From Azolla caroliniana (Eukaryota; Plantae; Polypodiophyta): a stretch of DNA of 64,000 nucleotides. Each line of letters opens with the position of its first letter. Positions within the stretch are counted from its first letter, which is position 1. The notes under the pieces are model-generated. The model worked only from the letters and a program-made list of their open reading frames with translations. It searched no databases and was not told the origin of the DNA. Location of the stretch: contig JBHGNT010000010.1 in the NCBI GenBank assembly GCA_043228905.1, forward strand, positions 14,818,001 through 14,882,000, given 5' to 3'. This document shows positions 34,007-47,600 of this stretch, piece by piece. The position numbers were made by a program, and so were the translations under genes.

Positions 34007-37000
34007 ATGAAGAAAGATCCTCGATACTCCTCTGTAATGGACATAAGGGCAGCAGAAGATCATTTTGAGCAAGTGAGCTTTGACTGTGGAAGCTCCATGG
34101 ATGGGCTTAGCTCCTCTGAAGCTCTCAGTTTAAGTCTCAGAAGTGATGAACCAGGAGGGAATCCACCACTAGATGAAGAAGAAAATGAAGATAGTAGTAG
34201 TCTAGAAGAAGAAGAAGAAGGAGAAGGAGGAGAAGAAGAAGAAGAAGAAGACGAGAGATGGTCTTCTTCTAGCCTCAATATAAAACACAACAAGAAGAAA
34301 AAGGGTTTTTTCTTCCAAGGAACCAATCTTCCTCCTCCCCCTCCCCCTCCCCCTCCTCTTTCCAAGACAATCAGCCAGACAAGAAATAAATCCGAGCTTT
34401 CGGGTATGTACATCATGTAACTCTGAATGCATGCATGCATATATGTTTCAATGTATGTGTATATATCTGAATGTATGTGTATCTATGTAAATGTACATGT
34501 GTTATATATGTATATATGTATGTCTGTCTGTCTGTCTGTCTGTCTGTATGTGACATTTTGTCAGACCTTCAACTCCACAATTGTATATATGTATGTATGT
34601 GACATTTTGTCAGACCTTCAACTCCACAATTGTATATATGTATGTATGTGACATTTTGTCAGACCTTCAACACCACAATTGTATATATGTATGTATGTGA
34701 CATTTTGTCAGACCTTCAACTCCACAATTCTGTGGTCAATTTTCTCCGTTGGGTTAATTCTCCATGTTTCATATAGAGCTCTTTCTATATGATAACTAAA
34801 TATGGTTCATCTGCTCTGTTTGTGATCAAATAGAACCCTCGTATGGCAATCTAGTTTCCAAACTTAATGTCAAAATGCAAGGTCACACAAGCTCTCTGCT
34901 TCCTTTGTAAACTAAGTAATATACGAGAATTTCAACTCAAACCATTCGACAGTCCATCCACTCTTTATACATTTTGTGGCTTGTTTTAAAAAAACTAGAT
35001 TCGGTGATGAAATCTTTCAGCTTTGCTGCTTTCTTGCCAAACTGAATAACAATTCTGTGGATTTTGTAGAGGTTGAAATGATGAAGGAAAAATTTTCGAA
35101 GTTACTTTTGGGTGAAGATATGTCTGGTGGTGGGAAAGGTGTTTGCTCTGCACTAGCCATATCCAATGCTATCATTAATCTATCAGGTAATTGGAATCAT
35201 TGTATTTTGTTCAATATTTTACTTCTTAATCATACACAAAATACAACCCTTTTCTATTTTAATCAAAGGCTTTCTATTGAAACATTTTTGTTGGGTTTTG
35301 GAAGAAAGAAACACATTCTTATATCTTATGGTTACACTGTGTTATTTGCTTATAGCTTCTGTATTTGGAGAGCTATGGAGACTTGAACCCTTGTCTTTAG
35401 AGAAGAAAACAATGTGGAGAAGAGAAATGAATTGGCTTCTCTCAGTGGCTGATCATATTGTAGAACTTGTGCCTTCCAGACACTCATTGCCAAATGGTGG
35501 TAACGTTGAGGTAATGCTCCTCCTCCTTTTTTTTTGATATATACAGTAGTAATCTCAATGTTGCTCTTTATATTATCATTCTCTCTATGATAGGCATAGT
35601 CAATTACTTGAAGTTATTTTCTTTTGTAGGGCATCATATTTCTATTTGATCTCCATTGATCCCCTTGTATATATTTTCAGGTGATGGTTACAAGGCCTAG
35701 GTCTGACATTCATGTCAATCTTCCTGCATTGAGAAAATTAGATGGAATGCTGCTGGTATATAGACAACCTTTGCAACAGTAAAAATATTGGTTTTGTTTT
35801 TGTTTTCTCACTGTATAATGATCACAATCATTTAAACCCTACTTGTTTTTTGTGCCAGGAAACATTGGATACATTCAATGGCACTGAGTTCTGGTATGTA
35901 GATCAGGGGCTTGTGGTGGCTGATGAAAACAATCATAATCTACAAAGGGCTCTTCCGCATCGGAGGGATGATAAATGGTGGTTACCCATACCTAAGGTTC
36001 CAAATGAAGGGTTATCGAAAGATTGTACAAAGCAATTGCAACATCAACGAGAGTGTATAAACCAAATCCTTAAGGCTGCTGTGGCAATCAATACTCAAAT
36101 CCTCTCGGAAATGGAAATCCCTGAGTTATATTTTGATGCATTGCCAAAGGTAGTCTTTTAAAGTTATCGATTGATTATCTTTGTACACAGTCCCTTTAAT
36201 TTGATTTTCGACACTTATAAAGCGATGGCTATTGCCCCAAAGATATAATTAGTTTTTTTTGCCTTTGAAAATTGTAACATAAGAGAAAACAACTTAATGT
36301 ATCAATACACTTTGCCTTTATGAAATTGATGGATATATTCAATCCGAATGTTGCTACTTGATGTTCCATTCTATCATTCTCTCTAATCGAAATTTGCCTT
36401 ACAACTTTTCAACCCTCAGCCCTCTTTTAATTTTTAAATTGGACAGAATGGGAAGGCCAGCTTGGGAGAGGACATTTATCGTTATTTGACGTCTGAATCG
36501 TTCCATCCTGATGCTATATTGGATATGATCGATTTGTCGAGTGAGCACAGAGCTGTCGATATTGCAAACCGGATTGAGGCAGCCATTCATGTCTGGCGGC
36601 GTCGGAGACATCAAAAACCGTCGAGAGAGAACAAACAACAAAACATGAGAAGTTCTTGGGGACTTGTGAAGGATTTTGTGCTAGACATAGATCGGAGGGA
36701 TTATTTCGCAGGTCGGGCCGAAAACCTCTTGTTGTGCTTGAAGCAGAGGTTCCCAAACCTTCGCCAGACACTCCTCGATATCAACAAGATTCAACACAAC
36801 AAGGTAGGATACACTTGGGGCTGGTAATTTTCTTTGGTTATCATGAATTAAATAAATTTGGGTGCTAAATCTCACATACAAGTGATCTAATATTTGGTAT
36901 ATCTTTCTTTGTGTTCATAGGATGTTGGGCGTGCGATACTCGAGAGCTATTCTCGGGTATTGGAAAGTTTGGCATTCAACATAGCATCACGGATCGAGGA

Positions 37001-37364
37001 TGTGCTTTATGCGGGCGATATGGTGAAGCAATCTCCGCCTCCATGTTCACCACCACATGCTTTTCTAAAGTCTCGGATACTATCGACTCGGCGACGTGGG
37101 TATCCCTTGAATCTTTTGGTCCACACACCATACGGTACCCCCCTTGTGACACCTAGTGCTTCTCCGACCCCTTCTTCGAGCCCCCGGAGAACTCCCAATT
37201 CTCCCCTACATTCGGAAGATGAGTCATCTCAACAAATGTCTTTCCCGGATATGGGATATGCATATGAGTTTGAGAGTGTTGGAACGGTCGTTGAGGTTGG
37301 TTCAACCATAGGGCTTGTAAAGAAGGATAGGTCATTGGCATTGTTAAGCAATGTTGAAATCTAG
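34007..37364 (+). CDS. ROPGEF: Rop guanine nucleotide exchange factor (PRONE domain), 7 exons, 611 aa
   Basis: Exons 34007-34403, 35070-35186, 35356-35510, 35681-35755, 35859-36149, 36447-36803 and 36921-37364. All introns are GT-AG with consistent phases, total 1836 nt. PRONE motifs: [73 protein letters not shown]. The start codon is the least certain part. Confidence 0.95.
34546..34729. repeat. 49-bp minisatellite (~3.8 copies) in RopGEF intron 1
   Basis: TGACATTTTGTCAGACCTTCAAC starts at 34551, 34600, 34649 and 34698. Confidence 0.95.
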
Positions 37365-38014
37365 GACGAACCATATATATACAAAATGGTGAAAAGTGCA
37401 GGAGATATATCTAAAGCTATCTATATATGTATGATATACATATGTAGATAGATTGGATATCCTAATGAAGGCTCCATCATTGGTACACATGTTAAATAAT
37501 GGCGAAGTCATCCATATCTATATCATATATATGTATATGTATATGTATATGTGTTCCAATTAATATCTTAAAGAAGGCTTGAATCATGGGCAGATGTTAA
37601 ATAATGGTGAAGTTGAGAAGATATTTGCATCTATACATACATGTATATTGGTATGTGCTCTATTGAAGATATGTTTTGAGGGATGCTAATTGTGAATTGA
37701 GAAAGAGGGTTTTTTCCGTTGGCAAGATTGGAACTTCTTTCTTTGATAAGATCAGATCGATAGCATTGCATTTTTATGAGCCACACTAACAACATTATGT
37801 TGTGGCAAATTCATATCATCAGGAAAACTCCAATCTCAATTCACTTCTGAGGGTCATAGGTAAAGTGTGGCCTATTATTGGATATGATGGCATTCCTTGA
37901 TTATTAAATTGACTTCTTCACAATTGTTCCTAAACATCGCCAGATTGTGAACTCAACTTCCAGCTCAAAGACAAACAGAGGTTGAAGATCGTCTAAAGAG
38001 CACACATACAAAAA

Positions 38015-38048
<34 letters not shown>

Positions 38049-38139
38049 CCTTATCAATTTGTATAATTTCTTATTGTATTTCTCGAACTCTTTATCTTGT
38101 AATCTTTTTCAAGATTAGTGTTGGTACATTTAAAATTGC

Positions 38140-38561
38140 AATGAAAGCTTTGATTTCAAGAATTTGTGTTCTTTTGTCTCTATGTCTTTTGATCATGTTG
38201 ATATGATTAAATTTCGATACAAAAGATTTTAACTTACGGCACAAATTGTCTATGGAAATTGTTGTAGATTCCTCCCCTCCAAAATTGGAGATATATTCAT
38301 GGAGCAACATTGTGAATTGAGACAATATATCACATTGTACCATCACAAAAATGAAAGCTTTGATTTCAAGAATTTGTGTTCTTTTGTCTCTATGTCTTTT
38401 GATCATGTTGATATGCTTAAATTTCGATACAAAAGATTTTAACTTACGGCACAAATTGTCTATGGAAATTGTTGTAGATTCCTCCCCTCCAAAATTGGAG
38501 ATATATTCATGGAGCAACATTGTGAATTGAGACAATATATCACATCGTACCATCACAAAAA
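38140..38561. repeat. Near-perfect tandem duplication, 2 x 210 bp
   Basis: ATGAAAGCTTTGATTTCAAG at 38141 and 38351. Only ~2 substitutions seen. Confidence 0.95.
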
Positions 38562-40761
38562 TTGAAGAACGACCCACATGAACCCCTCCACACAAAGGCA
38601 AATGTTTGTGCCAAGCAAATGGAAATTATATGTTGGGGGGAAATTTCATTGAATTGTGATTGGCGAAAGGGGATGAAAAGGCCTCATGACGGAAAAACAT
38701 CCTGTAGAAATGATTGGAATGATTATGTGGAAGAAACTCCCAATTTCAAATGAAATGGCTATTAATGTTAGCAACTCAGCACATGGGTAGTGTGAACAAC
38801 CATGTGGCTATTTAGAGGGACCACACTTTACCCACATAAGTTACAACTCTACTACCAAAAGGGTTCAAGAATGCTCATTTGTTGAAGATGAGTGGGCCAA
38901 ATACATTTGAAGTGTTGGGTAACATCTTTGTGGGCTCCTCTTGTCTTTATTGTTATTATTATCTTACTGTGTACTTCATCACCCTCCTCATGCCATTCAT
39001 GTGTGCTCTGTTCATTATCTTCACCAGTACTACGAAATATTTGAGGAATTTAATGAGATAAAAAAAGGCCAAGATTTAAAAATGGGCAAATCTCAATTGC
39101 GAAGATTTCAAAATAGCGAAATCTCTTTCAAAAATCCTAGCCTTTGGCAAGTCTTGTTCTCGTATCTAAGCCTCTAAAAGTTATCAATCTACTCAAGTTT
39201 TCTAGGTGAGGATAATTATATACCATAAATGAAAAGATCACTACACCTGAGAAACAAACGAAAAACTCAATAAGAAGAGGCATTTTCTCAAACGAAAAGT
39301 TCAATAAGAAGAGACATCAATGTTTATTTTTCCGTGAAGTGGCGCAATTTTGAGAAATAAGTATTCAAAATGGGTAAGATTGTTGGCATTTTGTGTTGTA
39401 GTTATCTATGTTGTAAATATTGGTGACCTTGTTGACGGTGCCCCACAATAAAAAATCCAACTCCAAATTTAGTAGAGATAATTCAAAAAATATTTCTCGC
39501 TATAGAAGTATCTACTAGAATGCTTATTTTTTTGTTATATTTTTTGACAATATCCATAGTTGCATATGGTGTTCTTCCTTTGTTACTTCCCCACCAAACA
39601 CTACACCTTTTTCTAGTTTTCTTATGTCCATTATCTTGTTGAATGGTTTCGCAAACTCTAATTTTCTTCCCTTGACATGTGGGAATTGTGAATATTATTG
39701 AGTAAACTGATCCATATGGTTAAGAAAATTGGATGGATGAACCATGTAAAAATCATGACACAAGGTATACTAAGTACCACGCCAAACAAGGCAGGACATA
39801 TTAAATCTAGAGGTAATTTGGGCTCTAGGTAGTAAAGGCAAATAGATTAGGTGCAAGCGTTGGGAACCAAGGAGCGAAGAAACAAGGATATGAGCCAAAA
39901 TAAGAAGACTTAGAAAATTGTGAAATGATGTTCAAATTCAAACATGCAACATTGAGGAGGAATTAAGTTTCAATCTGAATGTGGTAATGATGATGTCTTC
40001 GTTATGATTTTTATTTTGAAAGACGAGAAGAAGATCTTGATTTAGATCAATCAATATCATGATTCATAATGATGAGAACATGAAAGCGATTAAATTCTTA
40101 GTGTGTTAAGCAACATGGTAACTCTTTTAGGGAAGTGATGCATAAAAAGGCTATAAAGAAAACTATGTAGAGTGGTTTTTACTAACGGATATGTACTTTT
40201 GGAAGCAACTTTCTAAATTCTGCATTTACAAAATGTTAAGTCATATTCTTCTTAGTCAAGAGTCATCCAAACAAGATTTAAGGATCAATCCACATTTTGC
40301 AATTTAACCTTTAACTTATATGTAGTTAATAAGTCTAAACATGGGAATGGTCTTTCCAGTAGCGTGTTTAATGGCTTAACAATTTGCGATAATGTACACC
40401 CAAAAATACATGATTGTATATTTCTATCAGGACTACTCAAGAACTATCGACTGACTCCTTCTTTTTCACACTTGCTAAAACATTCCTTACAAACATAATA
40501 TTTTCTTTTCAGGAACCTGAACTTTATTATAGAGACACTCATATAAAGGTTTACAACCCCCAAATATTTGAGCCATATAGGATTGACTTTATTCGAACCC
40601 ACAAAATATACTGTAGCTAGCCAATTGCAACCCTAAGTCTTGTCCTCATCTTTAACAATTGATCATGCACTTGAGCAAAATACCTTCCTACATTGGCAAT
40701 GAATTGATCATCCCTCAAGTTGTGACTCCTGTGGACGCTCTATATGTCTAAACATTAATAT

Positions 40762-43700
40762 TGTTGGGAAACAGGTCCCTCCGGATGGGAAGAGAGAAGA
40801 GCCGAGTTGATGAGGAACTCGGCCAAGGCAGAAACTGAAATCGTGTAGACAGCCAACTCGGGAGACTATATCTGTAAATAGTCAAAATAAGCCTCTGTGG
40901 GCTATACTTGTAAATAGTCCGAAAGTTGTACTAGTATATAAGCATCTAGGGCAATCATTATGGGTGTATCATTATTGTGAGAGAGTTAGAACGGGGTAGT
41001 GGTCCCTGTAACTATGAAAAAGTGAGAGAGAGGGAGAGTGTGAGTGAGTTCAACTCCATCACCGTCTGTTGACGAAGAAGAACTCAAGGTCGTTTCCTCT
41101 GAGTTTCTTGTTGTACCCCCCTCATCATCATAGTGATCTGTTTTCGGAGCAAGTGGACTCCACGTGGTTTTTCCCAGTTTGGGTTTCCACGGTAAAATCA
41201 GTGTGTTCTCTGTTTTAGTTATTCTATTCTTCGGTTTTTTTGTCTGAGCTTTATTTCTTGCACACGAATATACGAACAGTAACCGGCTGTGGCCGATCGC
41301 GAGCGTAACAAGTGGTATCAGAGTGATGGAAGAATCGTTTAGCGGCATAAGCTAACCGACTCTAACTACTTAGTGTGGAAGTCGAAGATGAGAGACATGC
41401 TCGTGTGCAAAGATCTCTGGCTGTTGGTGCAATTCGGAGATAAAAGACCATACAAGATTGATTCAGTGACTTGGGAAGTGTTGCATTTGAAGGCGACCAC
41501 ATATATAAGGTGTTTTATAAACATGAGTCTATACAACAATTTTGGTGAAGAAACAGAAGCCGATGTCCTCTGGAAGAAGATTGGCGTGATGTTCGAAAAC
41601 AAGAACGCCATGAATTGAGTCTCAGTATTTCGGAAAATCGTGAGACTTCGGTATCAAGATGGCTCCAACATGGCGGAGCACATCAATGCATTCCAAGGAC
41701 TAATGAACCAAACCACCTCTCTAGAAGTACCTCTGGCCAATGAGGTATTAGCATTGTTTTTGCTAGGATCCTTTCTAGATAGTTGGGAAACTCTGGTTGT
41801 CACATTGGGCAACGCGGGACCCGAAGGGAAACACATATCCCTAGAGTAGGTGAAGTCGAGTTTGCTGAATGAAGAAGCTCGCCAGAAGGACCGAGAGTCC
41901 AATACCAACCGGAAGGCCTTAGTCACGGAAGGTGACACAATTCGGGGAAGAGGCCGAAATCGAAGTTCCCAGAATCGAGATAAGTTGGGGATCAGGTCGA
42001 AGTCCAGAGGGAGGCTCACGTGCTTCTATTGTGGGAAGCCAGGGCACTTCCAAAAGAACTGCCGACATTTCCGAAAGGAAAAAGGGGGAGCCAAAGGTGT
42101 GCAACCGAAAAGGATTTAGGAAAGCAAGAACACCTCGGCGATTGCGACAAGTGAAGAGGAGTTGCAGCTCATTAGTGAGCAAAATGAAGCAAACATTGTT
42201 GGCGATGAATCGGTTTGGGTGGTTGATTCGGGTGCGTCGTTTCACCTAACTCCTGACTGGAAATGCTTCTCATCTTAGAGAGCCGGAGATCTCGGATATG
42301 TAAAGAATGTGTGAAGATGGGAAATGAAGGAGCATGCCAAATCGTCTGCATTGGAAACGTGTGTTTGGTGACGTCAACTGGATGCAGACTTGTGTTGAGA
42401 GATGTTTGACATGTTCCGGAGATTCGATTGAACCTGATATCAGCCAGTCGGTTGGATGATGAAGGCTACATGGGTAGCATCCGGAACGGTGTCATGAAGT
42501 TTTGCAAGGGGAGCTTGATCGTGGCTCGGGCATGGAAAACCAACACACTCTATGTGATGCATGCTTGATTATGCCAAGGGGAAGCAAATGTGGCAGCCGA
42601 CACTGTTGGAGAACTGTGGCACAAGAGGTTGTGCCATATGAGCTAGATGGGGATGCGGAAGCTTGCCGAGGACAACCTCATTCCGGAGGTGAAAGACGTG
42701 CATCTTGAGAGGTGCACCGATTGCTTGGCCAACAAACAAAACCAAACCTCTTTTCGGACAAGACCACCGTCGAGACGGAATGCACCGTTGGAACTTGTGC
42801 ATACCGATGTATGTCAAGTGGACACGAAGTCACATGCCGGATCGTAGTACTTCGTGATGTTCATAGACAACCACAGTCGGAAACTGTGGATCTCACCGCT
42901 GAAGACGAAGGATCAGGTATTGTCCGTCTTCAAGGACTTCCACGCGAGACTGGAAAGGGAAACCGGCTGGAAGCTGAAGGCGGTTCGAGCGGAAAACGGA
43001 GGAGAATACCGGGGGCAGTTCGTGGAGTACTGCCAGTCGAAGGGAATCCGGCTCGAATTTACTGTGCCGAAGACACTGGAACTAAATGGATTGTCCAAGA
43101 GGATGAACCGGATTGTAATGGAGAGAGTCCGGAGTATGCTAGCACATGCAAAGTTACCCAAGACATTCTGGGTTGAGGCGCTGATGACAATGACCTAAGT
43201 GATAAACAGATCACCCTCAACACCCTTGGAAGGAGACTCACCGCAAAAGGTATGGGCCGGTAAAGACGTGTCTTACTGGCATTTGAAGGTGTTCGGTTGT
43301 CTCGCCTACGTGCATGTAGCAAAGGACAAGAGAGCGAAACTGAACCCGAAGTCCCGATCATGCATATTCCTTGGATACAATGATGATGAGTTTGGATACC
43401 GAGTGGGGGATTTGGTCGAGAAGAAGGTGTTTCGGAGTCCAGACATAGTCTTCATGGAAGACAAGAGTATTGCCAACTGGGAATCGAAGAAGAAGATAGC
43501 AGACTCCGGATCAACTGACGGGACTCATCCGGTCGGAAGCCAGATAACATCGAAGAAATGGCTAGAGTTGGACAAGAGGCCGAACTGATCGAAGAAGAAG
43601 ATCAGGACACCAGAATCGGACAAGACCCCGAATCAGATTCGGATGGAGAACAAACGGAGGAACTGATAGCTGAGAACCAAGGAAGAAGATATCTTCTCAG

Positions 43701-43939
43701 AGAGAGAAGAGCCCCCGAAGATTTCCGGATGCAGGGCATGTGTTGCTGCCCAATGAAGGGGAGCTGGAAAGTTTCGAAGAAGCAAAGAAAGACACCCAAA
43801 ACCGCAAGTGGTTGAGTGCCATGCAGGATGAGATGGATTCCCTGCATGAGAACCATACATATGAGTTGACGGAGTTGCTGAGAGTAATGAAGGCACTTCG
43901 GAATAAATGGGTATACAAGTTGAAACCGGGAGATGGCGG
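40762..43939 (+). mobile_element. Degenerate Tork-like copia (C): 5' LTR 40762-41310, PBS 41313-41323, gag-PR-IN-RT start, interrupted at 43940
   Basis: TGTTGGG...TAACA then TGGTATCAGAG. ORF fragments are collinear with 51998-54680. The remainder is not in the window. Confidence 0.9.
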
Positions 43940-44095
43940 TGTCACGAAAATACGACGAGGATATGTGAACTTCAGGTAGGACCCCGGGGCCTCCAACCAG
44001 AGGATATCAGATTCGTGCATTTATACTTTTAGGAATTTGTAAAGAATCAAGAGATGGATTCTTGTGAAGCGGAAGAGATATGAGTTATGTGTGTG

Positions 44096-44132
<37 letters not shown>

Positions 44133-44667
44133 GAGACAAGAAATACGCAAGGTAAAAGTATATTGACAAAGGAGAAAGAATTAACATTATACAAGGTGGG
44201 AGGAGGGTGCTTTATGTAGTCACCCTCTCTCTTCATTAACTACAAGCCTCATGGAGCATGGGGAATGTGAAAGATCATAAGTTATGTGTCATAGAATATG
44301 ATTCTATGACTCATACTAAATGCTAGAATACAAAGTGGTGACATAATGGTGACTCTTGACCGTTGGAGTGTCTATTCACTCTCAAGGTGAGTTCACACAC
44401 TAGACCAAGTTGAGCTTGATTCTCAACACGCCCCCTAAAGCTCAAGTCGGGTTGGTTTCATACGGTATCCGAAATCCGCTTCGACTCGCGTCGGCTCGCT
44501 TTATGCGGAGTTGAGGAATCCGTGCTCTAGCTTGCGTTGTGTGAAGTCTGTGCTTTGGCTTGCGTGCGTAGTTGCGAAGTCTGTGCTTCAGCTTGCGTCT
44601 TTCTTCGTGGCTTTGCGCGGTAGATCGGCTCTTCGCTGCTTTGTTGCGTGGTTGCGGAATCCACGCG

Positions 44668-47600
44668 TTATTGCGTAGTGTCTTTAGTACTCCCCCTCAA
44701 GCTTGGCAAGTCAGGGATCGTCAATCCGAGATCAGTCATGAATTGCCATAGCTTGTCGGCTCCTAAGGCTTTAATGAAGATGTCGGACGTTTGAAGATTG
44801 GTGCTAATGTGTTGTAGGTCGACATCGCCAGCCAGAACGCGCTCTCGGATGAAGTGATAGTGCACTTCGATGTGCTTTGTCCGCGCGTGGAACACCGGGT
44901 TCCGAGCTAGATAGATACTGCTCATGTTGTCGCAGTAAAGGGAAGTCGGATCCTTGATGGGTACGCCCAGATCCTTCAAAATCCTCTTGAGCCATACGGC
45001 TTCACACGCAGCTACGGCCGCGCCCCTTTATTCCGCCTCCGTACTCGAAAGAGCAACGGTGGGATGCTTCTTGCTACTCCAGGATATTGCTCCGCTGCCG
45101 AGGGAGAAAACAAATCCGGAGGTTGATCTTCTATCGGCTTTGTAGGCGGCCCAATTGGCGTCTGTGTACCCCTCGAGTCGTATTGGCATCACGGTCTTGT
45201 AGAGGATGCCGCAATCCATTGTGCCGCTCACGTATCGTAGAACTTGCTTAGCGCAATCCAAGTGAGTATCACGCGGTGTTTGCATGAATTGGCTAAGGAG
45301 ACCAACCGGATAACTGAGATCGGGTCGAGTGATAGTGAAGTAGATTATACTCCCGATGAGTTGCCGATACTGAGTCGGCTCACACGCTTTGGTGCCGGAG
45401 TTCGCATCTAGTTTGAGATTGCAATTGAGCGGGGTTGCCGCGGATTTGCACTCAGCCATCCCGAACTTGTATAACAAGTAGAGGATGTAGTGCTGTTGAG
45501 AGATCATGATTCCGGCTGGAGTCCGAATTACCTCGATGCCGAGGAAGTAGTGGAGCTCCTTCATGTCCGTCATCTCGAACTTGTCAGAAAGGAGGGATTT
45601 GACTTTATTGATTTCGACTAGATGCTCACCTCCAATGACTAGGTCATCCACATATAAAATGATGACGATCGGACTTGCAGAATCGCTTCGTATGTAGAGG
45701 GAGTTGTTCGATTTTGACATACGGAAGCCGATTTGATGAAGATATTGCGTTATCTTCGAATGCCAAGCACGCAGTGCTTGCTTGAGGCCGTAGAGAGGCT
45801 TCTTGAGTCGGCAAACAACTTTCGGATGGGTGCTCGAGTTGAAGACGGGTGGTTGTATGATGTACACCTCCTCTTCTAATTCGCCTTGTAGAAAGGCGTT
45901 CTTGACATCCATTTGATGGAGGTGCCACCCTTTCGCCGCGGCAAGCGCAATTACGGTCCGCACCCTTGTCATCTTTGCCACCGGGGCAAAGGTCTCTTCG
46001 TAGTCGACGCCATGCGTCTGAGCGTATCCTTTCGCTACGAGTTGAGCTTTGTAGCGGTTTACGGAGCCATCAACGTTATACTTCACCTTGTAGATCCATC
46101 TGCATCCGATCACCTTTTTGTGTGGTGAGGTGGGAACGAGATCCCATGTCTCGTTCTTCCGTAGTGCCTGCATCTCTTCGTTCATTGCTTCGATCTATCG
46201 CGGGTCCTTCGCGGCTTCCGAAAAGGTTTCCGGCTCTCGTACTGTCGCTACCTTCATAATAAAGGCGTAATGGTACGCCATATACTCGTTGTAGCCGAAT
46301 CGGCTTACGAGGTTCTTTTCACGAGTGGATCGGCGGAGCTTTTCATTTGCAGAGATGAGGGCTTTCTTAGTTCCGATTGGTACATCGAAGCCGCCGAACT
46401 CACTATCGAGTGAGTGAGTCGATTCATCATCGTCGAGGCGATCGCCTTCATATTCCGCCATTTTCGCCTTGCCTTTGTCCATCTTCGGGCTAGGCCGTGA
46501 TGTGCTTTGATGGCTCAAAGGCTCTTGTGGTCCGCTCAGTCGGGTCGTGATCGGACTTTCTTCGATCATGCACGTAGGGCGATCTTCATCCTCGATCTCT
46601 TGTTCGGCAAATTCCGGGTCGAGCGGAGGCGAAGTTGTCTCTGGTGCGTACCAGGATGCGGACTCGTCAAAAACGACGTCTCGACTTACTCGAGATTTTT
46701 GAGTTGAGGGGTTGTAGCACTTGTACCCCTTTTGTTCAAGTGAGTATCCTACGAGGATACATTTCTCCGACTTTGGATCAAGCTTTTGACGCTTCTCGTC
46801 GGGGATGTGCACGTATGCTATCGCGCCGAATATCCGGATATGCGATAAGTCCGGCTTCCTTCCGAAGTATTTTTCGTGCGGAGTGACCTCGTGCACGCCG
46901 GACGTTGTGCACTGGTTCATTAGGTAGACTGCCGTATTTGTAGCTTCGGCCCAATATGACTTGGGCATATGCTTCTCGTTCATCATGGCCCGTGCTACTT
47001 CGAGGATGTGCCGATTTTTGCGCTTAGCTACTCTGTTTTGTTACAGAGTGTGTTGGCAAGTGAATTCTCGCCGAATTCCTTCCTTTCGGAGATACGCCGT
47101 GAAATCGTCCAAGAAGTACTCCTTGCTGCCATCCGATCGAAGGCATCGTACATGTCGGCCCGTGGCTTTCTCGACTTCATTCTTGAACTTTTGGAAGTGT
47201 CCGAACACTTTGCTCTTTTGCCGCATCAGATAGATCCAAGTGTGCCTAGAAAAGTCGTCGATGAAGAGCACGTAATATCGGCATCCGCCGAATGTCACCA
47301 TTTGGGCTGAACCCCATACATCGGAATGAATTACGTCGAGTACGCCTTTGCTCAAATCCGCTCCTTCGGGAATGGGTGTCGGTGTTGCTTGCCGAATTGG
47401 CTCGCTTCGCATACACCTTCAATCTCCTTCTCTTTGAATGTCGGGAGTCCGATAATGACTCCTTTCGATTTCATTGCTTTGAGTTTGTTGAGATTGATGT
47501 GGCCGATTCGCTTATGCCATAGCTCTATGTCGGAGTCAGCTTTCGTGCTTTTCGCGAACATGGCGGATTTCATCTCGTGCGAATCGAGAATGAACATCCG

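Noticed and set aside
34546-34729. CRISPR-like array (also considered for 51330-51480 and 62760-63125)
   Set aside because: These are head-to-tail repeats without unique spacers, in a eukaryotic context with no cas genes.
38092-38601. 169-aa repeat protein
   Set aside because: It is a by-product of the 210-bp duplication, with a non-ATG start and no recognisable domain.
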